Assembly: GCA_036172245.1 (NCBI GenBank)
Contig: JAYWIR010000041.1
Location: forward strand, 620,001 to 684,000
Source of the DNA: Raillietiella orientalis
Taxonomy: Eukaryota
Length of the DNA stretch: 64,000 nucleotides
Direction of reading: 5' to 3'
In this document: in pieces, positions 25,681-37,849 of the stretch
Layout: every line of letters begins with the position of its first letter
Position numbering within the stretch: position 1 is the first letter of the stretch
The notes under the pieces: generated by a model
What the model was told of the DNA's origin: nothing
The model's input: the letters and a program-made list of their open reading frames with translations, nothing else
Databases searched by the model: none
Position numbers and translations under genes: made by a program

Positions 25681-26527
25681 AGATTACAAAACAGCATACG
25701 TTTCCATATATTAATTTATATTTATGTATGTAATAAATATTTATAAGTGAATGAACAAACATCGAAATATAAAAAATAGAAAGGAATTGTTGAAAATAGT
25801 GAAGAAACATAGAAAAATATGGAATAAGCATGCGTATTCATTTTTGGTTAACTTCAACACATACATGAATAGGCATTATTAATTATATTCATAACATGCA
25901 TGTTAATAAACGTGAAAGAGTACTTATGTTAAAATAGATCTGTACGTTAATCTGCACATAAATAAACATCGTAATGTATGTAACAAAGGTACGTTTTTAT
26001 CTTTTGCGACCTTTTGGGATTTGAGCGGGTTTTCAATGAGGCGTCATTCGGCAGGGATTGATGATGATCGGCGTCAGTGAGAGACGGGAAGCGAATCCGG
26101 GAATGGGGAATGCGTTGCGAATTCTCCCGCAGGTGGACCTGAACTTTCCCTCCCGCGGACGCACGGCTTAAGTTAGGCAGTGCCTACCCGATCAGAAGAT
26201 GCAATTGGCAGAAGGGAGCACCGGAAGAGGGTGGAGTGTACCCTTCCGTCCACAGGAGTTTCCAGGAATGGAACCGGGACTGCTAACGTCGGTCTCCCGG
26301 AGGCTCCGGGGTGATGACGGGGTGGCGGAACGGATGCCGCGTTCCGCGATTCGATCTGCTGACGAGGCGGCAAGAGGTGATCCTCGGAACCCCCGGGCTG
26401 CTGGTTGACGAAGGCTTGAGACTGGGGCGTCGAAACCCCATTGTAGGCTCAACTGCGCATTCTTCATCGAGTGAGGCAAATGCAGAAGAAACAACGGACT
26501 ATGAGGAACAGCGGGAATCTGCAGTGG

Positions 26528-27126
26528 ATTGTCACCCGGGTCCTTTTCAGAACAAGCCTGCCGCGTTTCCGGTACGCAGACCGGTGAGGGCCGCCACAGC
26601 AGCAGAAGGGGGTGGAGCATAAACGAAAGGAAAATAAATAAATAAATTTGGAGAGTAGGGGTGGGTGCGGGATGGGATCGCATGTTATGCTGTGGGCAGT
26701 CCTCTGCACCCTTTCGAGTATGCTGGCAAGCTCTTGCTGCATTCTGTCCTTCAGGTAAGGCCATCTTGTTGCCATCCTCAGGGGGAGGATGGCGAAGTGG
26801 CCGGCATTCGGTCGTCCTCTTGCGTGACTTCAGGCAGCCACGGTCCCACGTAGGCAGCAGGAAGCTGCTGCCGACCGAAGGGCGTCGCGCAGGAGAAGGG
26901 GTCCCAAATTGTCCCTGGAGTTGCCGCCGGGAGTTGCCATGGTTCTCAGAGGGACCGGAGAGCAACACAGTTCACTAGGAAGTGCGGGAAGGATTCGCGC
27001 TCCCTGCATCTGCCACAGTTGGAGTCCACACATCTCCGTGTCCAGCGATGCCGTCGGGCGTAGCACGGGAGACCCCAGTGCAGCAGCATCAACGCTGAGT
27101 CCCGCCACTTCAAGGAAAGGATGTGG
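26528..27126 (-). mobile_element. 5'-truncated LINE (zf-RVT plus 3'UTR) with an imperfect TSD
   Basis: Encodes LKWRDSALMLLHWGLPCYARRHRW...NCGRCRERESFPHFLVNC and ends gacccgggtgacaa. Flanks are gggaatctgcagtgg (26513-26527) and ggaaatctgccgtgg (27127-27141), 13/15 identical. Confidence 0.8.
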
Positions 27127-27387
27127 GGAAATCTGCCGTGGGAGGAGGAGGTCCCAATGAGGTGCGCTTGAAGGGACCCTCCCTCTCTCCCCGTAGAGCA
27201 CGGTGCTTCGTACTGGTGAATAACGATGGGGAGTAAGGGTGGCAGCTTGAAAGTATTCGGGCGTGGGAAGGTTATGTCCGGCGTACCGAGTTTGGGAAAG
27301 GGGGGGTAGCTCAACTGCCGAAGCCTCCTATGATGGCCGCTCAGTAGCAGTGATGGGTTGTTATAGAGTGCATTACTGTTCGTGAGG

Positions 27388-27687
27388 TTTGAACCCCCCT
27401 GAAGGAGGGATCTCCCTCTCCAAACGTGAGAGGAACTCACTCCGAGCCTTTCTGGATTCATAGGGAGGACCCCCTTCCTGGTGCCTTCCTTATCTTGAAG
27501 AATAACACGCACCCTCCGCGGGTGGCGTAGAACCGTGTTAAAGAGCCACGCGTGCCACGAGGCATGCAAGCGGCTCTTGAGGTACTTAGCGAACCAAAAA
27601 AAAGAAAACCTGAAAAAAAATGCCGGAAGGGAAAAAACAGCGAAGACAGAAAAGTACCCAAATGGGTTTCCATCATCCTACTTGGGG
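27388..27687 (+). mobile_element. 300-bp LINE 5'UTR fragment bounded by a 29-bp direct repeat
   Basis: tgttatagagtgc(a/g)ttactgttcgtgagg at 27359-27387 and 27688-27716. The interior aligns with the UTR copies at 19.0-19.2 kb, 31.55-31.7 kb and 33.38-33.56 kb. Confidence 0.85.
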
Positions 27688-30109
27688 TGTTATAGAGTGC
27701 GTTACTGTTCGTGAGGGTGGATGGCTAGGAGAGCTCTTAACGGATGACGGATCTTGGAGAGGTTCCTAGGATACAGACTCAGATTCCGAAGATGCAGTGG
27801 AGTGTCCTAGTGCCTCCACGGTCGTCGCTGTAGGTGGTTCTCAAGATACTGCTTGCTCTATTAGCTTTGAAGGTCGACAGCAGAACTGACCTCGACACAC
27901 GACAATCGGAGAGGGAAATGATCGCAGCCGGTGGCGCGGCTGAGAAGCGTCGAGCACGCAGCTGCAAGAATAGGGCCGAGGGAAATGGCCGCGTCTCGGA
28001 TGCGCTGCCCGCGACGCCTTCCCGGAGCCAACCCGCCCGAGGGGGCCTCGCCTCTCGAGAGGAGTCGCGATCCCGTGGCTCCCGCTCGGCGCCCGAAAGA
28101 AGCTCCAGGAATCGCGCCCCCAGGCGATCATGCTCGCTTGTCCCGGTTTCTTAGGAGACGGCGGTTCGACTCCCCGCAAGGGTGGAGAGGCGATTTGCCG
28201 AGGAAGCGCTTGGGAAGGGCGAGACGCTTTCAGGTGGAGGATGTGAGCCGGGTCAGCGAAGGACGCGGGAAAGTAGTCCGGCTTCGGGAACGCAAACACG
28301 AAAGGGAGGTTCCAGCCAGGTGGCGAAAAGCGACGTTTTCCTCCGCCGTCGACGTAGCCCGCCAGTCGGTCGGGACTGCAGCCGGCAAGAGCGCCACCGC
28401 ATACGGGAGCTGTCCCGGCCGCTGCGGGGCGTTGGCGTTTCATTTTGCCGACGTGAAGCCGTGGGAACCCGGTCTCTTCCAGAGCCGCGTGAATTCCCAA
28501 GAACCCAGCAATTCTCACCTGCAGCCATGGATGTCTGCACGAGGAGTGAGGAGCTATCGGCTTCCAGTCTTCTCCCTTCCCTTCCTCCACCTCTTCTTCC
28601 CTCTAGGGACGCCGGTGGACCTGCGAAGGAACCAGACGACATCGAGCAAAAGGACTCGACACCGCCCCCCCACCCACCCCCCGTCACGAAGCAACAAGCC
28701 ATGCGGAAGCAAGGAGGAGACCTGAGAGGCCACTCCACTCGCACTGCTTCCGAATTGGTCCACGCCGCCATTTCACCATACCTAACCAAGATTCGGCTCC
28801 TAGGGATGCCTTCGTGCAATCCTTCCCATGCGGTTGCGTCCGGCCCACGCCACTCCTGACGTCTGTGGCTTGTACGGGCAGTCATGTTGGGCCGCGCGGG
28901 CGGAGTGGTGGCCTCGCATGCTTCCCGCTAAAGTCCTCCGACGCGCGGCGCTGCCAGAAGCAGAGCGCGGTCTCCTCTTGGTAGGGGAGTTCACCCCCAT
29001 CACGCCCATCAAAGGGGCCCTGTGCCCCGTGAATCGGCGACCGGAGGCACTCTAAAGCGAATGGGCAAGGAGCGTGGACCAGATGTTCATCCAGTCTTCG
29101 GCAACTGAGAGGGAACACAGCAATGGAAGACGGCGGCACATCGATCGAAACCTTCCGCGCACGGCGGGGCAAATGAAGTTTCCCGAACGCTTCGCGAGAC
29201 GAATTCATACTGCCCCGGGCGTAGGTTTGGGCGTCAACTGGCGAGCCGACTGGCCCGACATGGGAGCAGCCCAGGAGCGCATCTTCGGAACATCTTTCAA
29301 GCAAGCGCACTGGGTTGCCACTCGTAACGGATCGAATCAAAGACACCTTCTTGAGGGTGTCTTCCAACCAGAGATGCCGGGAAGCAGACGGCAAGCAGAA
29401 AGGCGCATGGATCCGCAAACCGGTCTGCAGAAAGCGCGCATCCCCAGCCTCCGTCATCTCCTGCGTGCGAGCTGCGTGCGAGCTGCGTGAGAGCAGGTGC
29501 TCGTGACGTAATGAGATCGAGTGCCTTCCATCCCTTCCCTCTCTCATGATTGGTGCTCCCGAAGGAACCAGGGGACCGGAAGGAGCGCGCGGAGAGCGGG
29601 TGGGCTCATCCCGTGGGCACCCGTTACTTTGCGAGGGCGACCTCTCTGCCCTCCCTCCGCGGCTCAGAAGAAAGAGCCGCCCACCGCTCGCGCTCAGTGC
29701 GCGTTTCGCGACTCGGAACCGCTCGCGGGACGCAGGGATTCGTGATCTCCCAAATGAAAAATCGGAAACGATCCGTCGTTCCCAAAGTGGACCGGGAAGA
29801 AGCGAATTGGATTTCCATCTTGTTTCCTCGTTTCTGTCCAAAAAAGGGACCACAGAAAGCACAGGCGGTTGCTTTGGAGCCTTTGATTTCCATGAGGGTT
29901 CGTTTGAGTCGGTGCTGGCCAAAACCCCGAAGCATCATAAAAGATAAATACGTGTGCTTATTCCACATGAATTCATGTACAAATTTATTTTAACATGCAT
30001 GGTATATTCATTAACAGGAATATGAATTTATTGACAAAGGTTCTAGTAACATGATAAACAAGTCATTGATGTATATGTGAAATATTATAAAATATAAATA
30101 TATGTGCTT

Positions 30110-30124
30110 ATTATATATATATAT

Positions 30125-30170
<46 letters not shown>
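30110..30170. repeat. (TA)n microsatellite
   Basis: Direct reading. Confidence 0.95.
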
Positions 30171-30171
<1 letters not shown>

Positions 30172-30200
30172 TATGAAGAATATGTGCATGAATATAAATA

Positions 30201-30563
30201 CAGTGGTGCCTCGGTGCCCGAAGGTGTCGGAACTCGTCAGACTCGGTACTCGTCGCATTTCGACGAGAAGAAAATGCTTTGACACTCGGCGCATGCTCGG
30301 AACTCGACATCACTCACGATGAAACGGGTGAACGCTTTCGTCTCATGGTATCTTGCGAACACTGCCGACAAACACTTCCATAGAGTGCCTCCGAATCATT
30401 CCCTTTTCTATGCTTTCTGCGCATTATAAGCGTTAACTATGGGTCTTGAAATGGTTAAAAATGATGGCACGAAGCCTAGCAAGAAACTCGTTCGGTACTC
30501 GTCGGTTCCGGCACTCGTCACGGGTTCCGGAACGGATTACTGACGAATACCGAGGTACCACTG
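30201..30563. mobile_element. Tc1/mariner (pogo/Tigger-like) MITE
   Basis: TIRs cagtggtgcctcggt ... accgaggtaccactg (14/15). Left flank TA, right flank CA. Internal repeats of (a)ctcggtactcgtc. No coding capacity. Confidence 0.8.
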
Positions 30564-31085
30564 CATGTACATAAATATGTATATGCAAATATGTGTATGA
30601 ATACATCTATCGAAAAACAGGGGGAGAGAAAGGGAAATACATATATATACATAGAGAGAGAAATACACATATATGTATATTTATTCATATTACTTCCCTG
30701 CTTTATTTTCAAAGTTGACAGCTACTGTGGTACAAGTAAAGGGGGGTATTCATCTTCCATTCTTCCTTCCTGGTCATTGTAGCTGTTAGGAGAGGTGTTA
30801 CAGTAGGTTTCATTCATCAGAACGCCCTGCAGGCTGCATCCCGGCGGCGCCTTCCTCTCCGTCCGAGAACTGCTCCTCTTCGTGAGGCATTTCATCCCGT
30901 CACGCCCGGGGCGTCTGCTTAAAAACAAACCAGTCGGGAATCCGCGGGTTCCCGACCGAAGACAGAAAACAGTTCGGGGGGAGGGTTCCATGGACGCGCA
31001 GGGAGGAAGAAGAAGAGGGACAGCAAAAAAAGAAAAGATAAGAAATGCAGGAGGGATGGGGAGGGGGTCCATATGCTGCATGTCC

Positions 31086-32171
31086 TCATGAGGTTGCCGT
31101 AGGTTTGGGCGTCACCCAGTAGCCGTCCAAGCCTGTGCGTCCATCCAGTAGATGTTGCGAACGCGACTTGCTGCCTCGTTTCATCCGTCCGAGGGACACC
31201 TCTTTCTGGAGGGGACTGCTCCGCTGCTGGAGCCCCAAGTTCCCCAAGAGTCCGGTGATGGTGGCCAGCACCTTTGCATCGGCTCTCTTCTTAGATTGCT
31301 GGTTGATGGCATCTCGGTGTTTGGATATTTCCTCGTTCCTGGAGACTCTGGGGGCTTCCTCCCCGTCCTCGAAGGGACGAGCATCGCCACCTCTGCGATG
31401 CCAGACCTGGCCTCAGGGTCCAGTCAGGATCAGGGACGTCCTGGTTCATGGACACATCAGAATCCGTCATGCTGCTCCTGACGCCGTCATCTTGTCCCTG
31501 TCCGCAGCCTCATCGTGATGGCCCGTGCGCAGGATGATGGAAATCCTTTTCTGTCTTCGCAGTTCTTCGACACAGTCCCACGCCACCCGAGGGTGGGTAG
31601 TCTTCAAGATGGGAAGTACCCTGGGAGGGGTCCGCCCTATGAATCCAGGAAGGACTCGGAGTCTGTTCCTCTCACGCCTGGGGAGGGATCCCTGGAAATG
31701 GAGATCACCTCCTCCCTGGTTGTCTCCGAAGGGGAATCCAGCAGGGAATCTCTTTACTTATTCTCTCCGAAGAGACCCTTGTAGGGGTCCACTCCAGTTT
31801 TTCTCCTCTGAATGGAACCCGGAAGGGATCCGATCCTGTTTTTACTCCTCTGAAGAGAACCCAGAAGGGACGCTTCCGAACTTCAGAAGGATGCAGCTTC
31901 CCCGAAGGGATGGGCTCGCTTCTCTGCACTCTCTGGGGAGGTGGTGGCGACACACCTACTCCATCAGTCCGATGCGTTGGGGTCCCCCCTGGAATGGAGG
32001 GTCCGCTCCTTCACAACCGGAGGGGAGCTCCCACTCCGTGATTCCTGGAAGGATCCGGAGGTCGACTCCCATTTGTCCCGGCCCTCATCGGGGGGTCATC
32101 CGGTTTTAACCTCTACCAGTAGCGCACCCGGATGAATGTAGGCCAACCAGCGTCATCTTGGAACTGGAAGT
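31086..32171 (-). mobile_element. LINE 5' end: complete 5'UTR plus start of ORF1
   Basis: The UTR is homologous to 18990-19735 and runs into an ORF1-like region (…LQKEVSLGR…GYWVTPKPT) that shares cgtaggtttgggcgtca with the ORF1 at 29.22 kb. Confidence 0.7.
32151..32171 (-). promoter_or_regulatory. YY1/ETS-like motif at the 5' start of the LINE (candidate internal Pol II promoter)
   Basis: The minus strand reads acttccagttccaagatgacg, two transitions from ACTTCCGG (ETS) plus CAAGATGGCG (YY1). It lies where homology with the 19.7-kb copy ends. Confidence 0.5.
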
Positions 32172-32177
32172 ATGACT

Positions 32178-33560
32178 ATCCAGGTTTCTTCCGGGTGTTC
32201 CCCTCCGGTTGTGAAGATAGGATTCGTCCATCGCGTACCACTTAACCGGTTGATATCCCCCTCGGCGGATGCCTCTCCAGAGTGTAAGAAGCGCTCTGCT
32301 CCCTTCGGAAAGCTCCCTTCAGAGAAAAGTCGGGAAGCATCCCTTCGGGGTTCTCTCCAGAGGAGTAAACAAGGAGCGGATCCTTTCCGGGGGGCTCCTC
32401 TGGAGAGAATGAGGAAGAAATTTCCTCGCGGATTTCCTTGGTAAACAACCAGGATGGGGTTTCCCTTCGGGGTTCACTACCAAACGTGTGAGGAACGGAC
32501 TCCTTCTTCTGGACCCATGGCCACCTTGGCGAAGGAGAACGGCTCGATAGCCTGCTGCCCCGCCAACTCCTGCGCCTGGCTAAAGTTGGCACGTGGGCGA
32601 AGATTAACAAGTCGAGCTCCGAACTGTCTTCAAGTTGGTATCTGGGCCCGCTGCTTAAGACGAAAGATCCTTGAGAATCCCATCATGAGCGCGTGGGCGA
32701 AGCGGACCTTCCTAGCGGCAATGATGCCCTTCCTGAGGAGGGCACTTAGCAGGAACCAAGGGCCGAGATGGGAAATCTCCTGCGAGATGACAGGCAGGTT
32801 TAAGCTGGTGAGTGGGGATGGACCATGCGGCAGCTGGCGGATGCTGCCATCCCGAGTGCTCTTCCACGAGGACCGCAGAGCTGGAACGAGCTGCCCAGAA
32901 TTCTTAGCGAAGACCTGGAGTGGCCCTCACAGGTGCTCAAGAACAGCAGCCCCCCTGAAGTGGAAGCAGCTGGCACTTCTGCTGTTGCACAGGGGTCTTC
33001 CCTGCAACGCCCGCCGACAGCATTCAGTGCTGAGCAGGGTGAGCCCGGACTGTTGTCACAGGTGTGGGGAACGGGAGTTCCTCTCGCACCTGCTAGTGGA
33101 CTGTGTTGCGCTCCGACGCCTATGGGAACGTTTCGGAACGAATCTCCGTATCCCGGTTGGCACTCCCAGGGACGTTTTAAGGCTCCTCTTTGTGCGGTAT
33201 GCTCTGCAGCCAGCCGCAGCCCCAGCAGCACTTTGCTGCATCCGCGGGATTGAGGCAACCTGGAGCGAAGCAACAGAGAAAGACACGAGAAGGACGCTGT
33301 CCAGTTCACAGTTCGCTTTCCGCGGCCAGCGGCCAGATGACCCCACCTGAGGCGTATTCGAACGGACCTATCCGGCACACTCGCCCTCGGGTGGCGTGTT
33401 AAAGGTTCGTGAGCCGTGAGTCATAGAGCTTCGTGAGCCTCCAGGCGAACGAATCTTCAGTACTTGGCCAACCCGGAAAAAAAGAAAACCCGAAAGAAAG
33501 AAGAAGGCCGGGAGGAAAGCAGCGAAAGTAGAAGAGAACCCAAGCGGATTTCCATCGTCC
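32178..33560 (+). mobile_element. Chimeric LINE: 5'UTR piece / ORF2 C-terminus (zf-RVT) / remaining 5'UTR
   Basis: 32178-32510 is an inverted copy of 31650-32060. 32510-33350 encodes PLKWKQLALLLLHRGLPCNARR...CHRCGEREFLSHLLVDC. 33380-33560 matches the distal UTR (ccctcgggtggcgtg...gatttccatc). Confidence 0.75.
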
Positions 33561-36500
33561 CTGGTCAGTGGTGACGATCTCCCCGTGAGCTCTCTATCGT
33601 CTGTTTTCGAAGAAAGTGGGGATTTTTTCTTCTCGTGCTCATGATATCAGGAATCATCTCGCTCATTTGAAGCGTCCGTTCTTCTCCTCGAAATTAACAA
33701 GCTGTTGATTGTATTATTGATATATAAGCAACAACTTATCAATTATGTAAATAAAATCTGCGTCAATAAACATTACTGTCAATAATGCGTATGTTGATAG
33801 ATATCAATGACAGTGTAGATTAGAATAAATTAATCTCTGTAGAACGAGCACATGTGGTTGTCTTTTACGATCTTCCAGGATTTTGATCGTACGGGATTCT
33901 GAGCCGCACGCCATTTGAATGCACTGCTCGATGGAGTACCGAACAACGAATCAGAAAAGTTGGGCGCATATTCATCGTCACTGATAGTTTTGTCCACACT
34001 GATGTTCTCGTCCTGAGTTAATGATGATGCAGTGTATGTTCAATAACCGAGATAACTTTCTTCTGAAAGTGAGGCGTTCTATAGGATCCACAGTGTCCCC
34101 AGTTCAGCCTTCTTTACTCCCGGCGTGTTTAGACTGTTGACTCCCATTTAGTCGTCTCGCCTCCGATAGAACGGTCCATTTCTGACCATCTCTTTCTGGA
34201 AACAGCGCCCCCCGCGTCTCTTTCTCACACGCGCATTTCACCTCTTCCACCTCGAACTGCGTTGCCTTCCCTCATCTTCTTGCACTTTTCATGATCGACT
34301 TTGCAGATTGTTTTGTTCTCAGTGATCGAGATGCCTACATCCTTGACTTCATAATCCCTACTTCGCACTTGAACAATGCAGTCTTTGGATCTTCGGATGT
34401 AGAGGAAGCGAGTGATCTCCTGAGAGTATTCGTCAGCTCAAGTAGCTCACCATGCATCCTCGAGTTCCATAACCACTCATTCTGAGAAATCCACTTTTGT
34501 CCATTCCTTGAAACAAACAAGGAATCGTTTATTCATTTTCGGTCCGCGAAAATAGGAAACAGTTGCAGGAAAGCACCAAAGCACTCTTGGGATACGATCG
34601 GATGGCTTACCCTTGGTCCAGATGCCTAAATCGAACGGATACGCTAAGAAATGAACTTTTCGACTCTAATGCATAGGAAGGCAAGCGGGTGCGATTTCTA
34701 CAAAAACGAGACTTAAATCCGAGCCGTGACTCCCAGTGTATGCTCGCTCTTTTGCACTGGGTGCATGCTCTTCTCATCCGTGTTTATTGAAGATTGCTAC
34801 GTGCAGCTCTCGCCGCACCTCGAACAACCAGATACTTAATGACCCGTTTTCCTTTATTTCCAGGCCCCTCTGGTCACTCCAGTCTCCTCTTTGGTTCTGT
34901 CTCATGTTGCTCATGAATTCTGATGAACTTGCAATCGAAGCAAGAGGAATCAAGCACGAAGTCCGTTCAAGAACAGGGCGACATCATATTTGCACCCACA
35001 TCACTAAAAGTGCAATCCAAATGCAAATGGCAAATGTTCTTGACAGAAGTCCTCCGCTTTCTCTCTCCCTCTCGTCTCAGTTTGACGACCTCGAAAGAAG
35101 GCAAAATCTCGTGAAGAATGAGGGAGAGTTGGACGTTAACAGGTTCCAGGAATAGAATGTGTACAGAGCCAGAAAGCCAGTGGTGTTTTCAAGTCCACTT
35201 GTATAGCGATATCGACGTGCTGAGTGGATTGAGGTCTTTCATATCTCCAATGAGCAGCATTGATAGAGCTGAAGCTCCCGTTCTCCTTGTAATTGAAAGC
35301 TTGAGATCACAAAGATACAGCTGGTTGCTAAGAACTTGGAAAATATTAGGCAAAAATCAAATCCGGGGTTTAATTCATTAGGCCTTCTTGCACAAATTGC
35401 AGTGATTAAAAAGGCCACCTTGAAAATTAAGGTTCACGTTTAGCCTTACACTGTTTCCAACAAAAACAGAAGGGAAAACAGATATAAGTTAGCAGGCTTA
35501 ATATCATTAAAAATTACTTTTCCTGTATTTTGAACCAAATGTGATATATTGGACTCACTGCTACTAGCAAACTGAAACAAGCCATACATGGTCAGTCCAG
35601 TCAAGTCCTTCCCTGACGAGGAGTCAGTCAGTGAGAAAGTGGAAGAAGAAAAAAACAGAAATACTTTGTTTAAGCACTGTTTTGTGCTGTAGGTCCGAAA
35701 CAAGCAGTCCACATCGTGAGTAGGTTTCGTGACGTCACCAAACATCTCTGGGATGAAAACTGCCTTTAAAAATAGCCTCCTCTTTTAAACCTCGAGCGGT
35801 TGCTATGGGGGCATTGGGAGGATATGCCGAGTTCGGAAGGCGAAATGTCTTGACTTACAGTTATCCCAAAAAAGAAGAAAGGAACAAAGAAGCAAAGTTT
35901 GCACCTCAGGATCCTAGGAGAATCGGACAGAACTGTTTTTTGTCTCTAAAGAAATACGACCAACCTGCCAAAAAAGGCGGAGAGAAAGATCTCACCAGCG
36001 GAATTTTTAAAAGTTATAGTTTCTCAAGAAACAGCTGTGCTTGCTTCTCTTCTGACTCGAATTTAACGAATTTCCGTTCCAGGAGGCGATATGAAAATTA
36101 CAAAATGCATGATTTTATCATCACTCGAGAGTTTTATAATGCACTGGGCCTCGGACATCACTTCCCTTTTACTGATTTCCGTCGGATACACCGAATTCAC
36201 ATTCAAAATTCTCAATTTTGGAGCTGGCAAGCCTGAATGAGCCCCGATTCTAAAAATAACCACGCATAGCAGATGAGTTCCAGGCGGGGAATTAAAAACA
36301 AGCACAAATAGAAATCAATTGCCATTACTGAACAGGAAGAACGGTACAGAGAATATCGATACAACGAGCTCATAGCTTCGATGAGATTCTGAGAACCAGA
36401 TCACCAGAAAACAGTGCTGCACGGGTGCCGAGGAGGTGCAGCCAGAGAGGCTGTGAAAGCCTATTTTCAGATTCCTCAGCCGTTTTTCGAAAGCAGGTAC

Positions 36501-37849
36501 CTGACATCCATTTCTCACTGCCTACTAGAATCTCTTTTTCTCTGCGAAGAATTGAGACGATGAAACACGTGCTGTCCGATAGTCTCTCTGCCTGTTTTTC
36601 CACGACTGTTATAAGTGGGAAGAAGGGGAAAAAATGGTCCAGTGGAAGCTGGATCTTTCCCGACGAAGACAGCTTTCCAAACTGGGACCAGAAGCAATGA
36701 ACGATGGATGTGTCTTACGGGTGTTAAAATGAACTAACCTTTTCCCTCCTTCCCTTGCGGATGAATCTCACGTCTATTAGGGACGCATGCTTTCCTTGTG
36801 TGTTCTGACAAAGATTCACTTCCAGGCTTTTCAGAACATTCGAGAGATCGTCGTTGGGTTTGCTTCGCGGCTGAATACCGGATGGACTCGTGTTCTTACA
36901 CCCTCGATTTTCGTTTTGGTGCTCTGTAATCTTCCCATGAAGGAACTCTCCCATAGGTAGACTGTCCCATACTGTACTGAGGTCTTGCAGTGGCTCACGG
37001 TCTCCAACACTTCTTTCCTTCGTTCGCTGCTGCTTTAGACTGATCACCATCGTATAAACGCCGTATCTGACCCTAAGACCGAGTCACGAAACCAATTGGA
37101 GTCTGAAGACATCCAAGGATCTATTGAGGAACGTTTAATCGTGAAGTGGAATTGATCGGAAGGTTCCAAGAGTAGAAGCGAGGGCTGATCTAAAAAATTC
37201 GAAAATTCCAGAAAGTGAAAGTATTTTTTTCGGGTGGAGAGAAATGCAGGACGAACCTGAGTTTTCCGTTTAACTAGCGGGATGGCTCAGAAGTCCGCTA
37301 TGAGAATGAGCAGGAAACTGATGAAAATAATTGCAGTGGACCCCTGCACAGCTAGGGGGACTCGTATAACGCGACGAAAAAATGACCACAGCTCTCTCTG
37401 AATCAGCGCAGTAGTACGCTGTGGATAAATTTTCCTTTTGAAGTATAGTGTCCGTTCATCTATTTCTAAAAGAGGACACAAACACGCAGTATAAGCAGGT
37501 TCAAGTGTCGAACAGCGAGAATGAAAGGGCCGGAGCAATAGAGTTCTTCGAGTTGACGAGATCGCAACGAAACTCTAGAAGCTTTTTTTGTTTGTTTGTT
37601 TGTTTTAAGATAGAAAAAGTGAATATCCTACTGTTCAAGATACACATCTTTTATGGAGACCACTATCTTGTCCGTGAATAATCCACGGGACTCGTATAAC
37701 TCGGGAAGGTCCTCCCCTTGTCACACAGGGGCGCTCTGTAAAACCCCTGGTCAGAGGAGCGACCTCAAACCAGAAGACGGCATCTTTTTCTCATTTGTGA
37801 AGATGGGGTATATTTTTGTACCGCCGTCAGTGGGAACCTGGATTCTTCA

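Larger units (their letters stand above)
24960..29900 (-). mobile_element. Old LINE copy (5' region, ORF1, EN, linker) interrupted by three insertions
   Basis: ORF1-like GIPRSRILVRYGE...VRVEWPLRSPPCFR (~28.75 kb); EN KLGTPDITFPRPNT (cf. PDIxFLQET, ~27.27 kb); SSADRIAE (~26.35 kb); linker PSRLRGLDPLHIPYF (cf. KSPGxDGLxxEFY, ~25.0 kb). Confidence 0.55.

Noticed and set aside
32060..32110. Hammerhead-like ccgatga near the LINE 5' end (also at ~19650)
   Set aside because: The core is CCGAUGA rather than CUGANGA, and there is no stem II-GAAA.
33830..36700. Possible multi-exon gene (short open frames with AG/GT edges, e.g. EITRFLYIRRSKDC... and DENISVDKTISDDEY... on the minus strand)
   Set aside because: Could not assemble a consistent frame or recognise a family. 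It needs RNA-seq.
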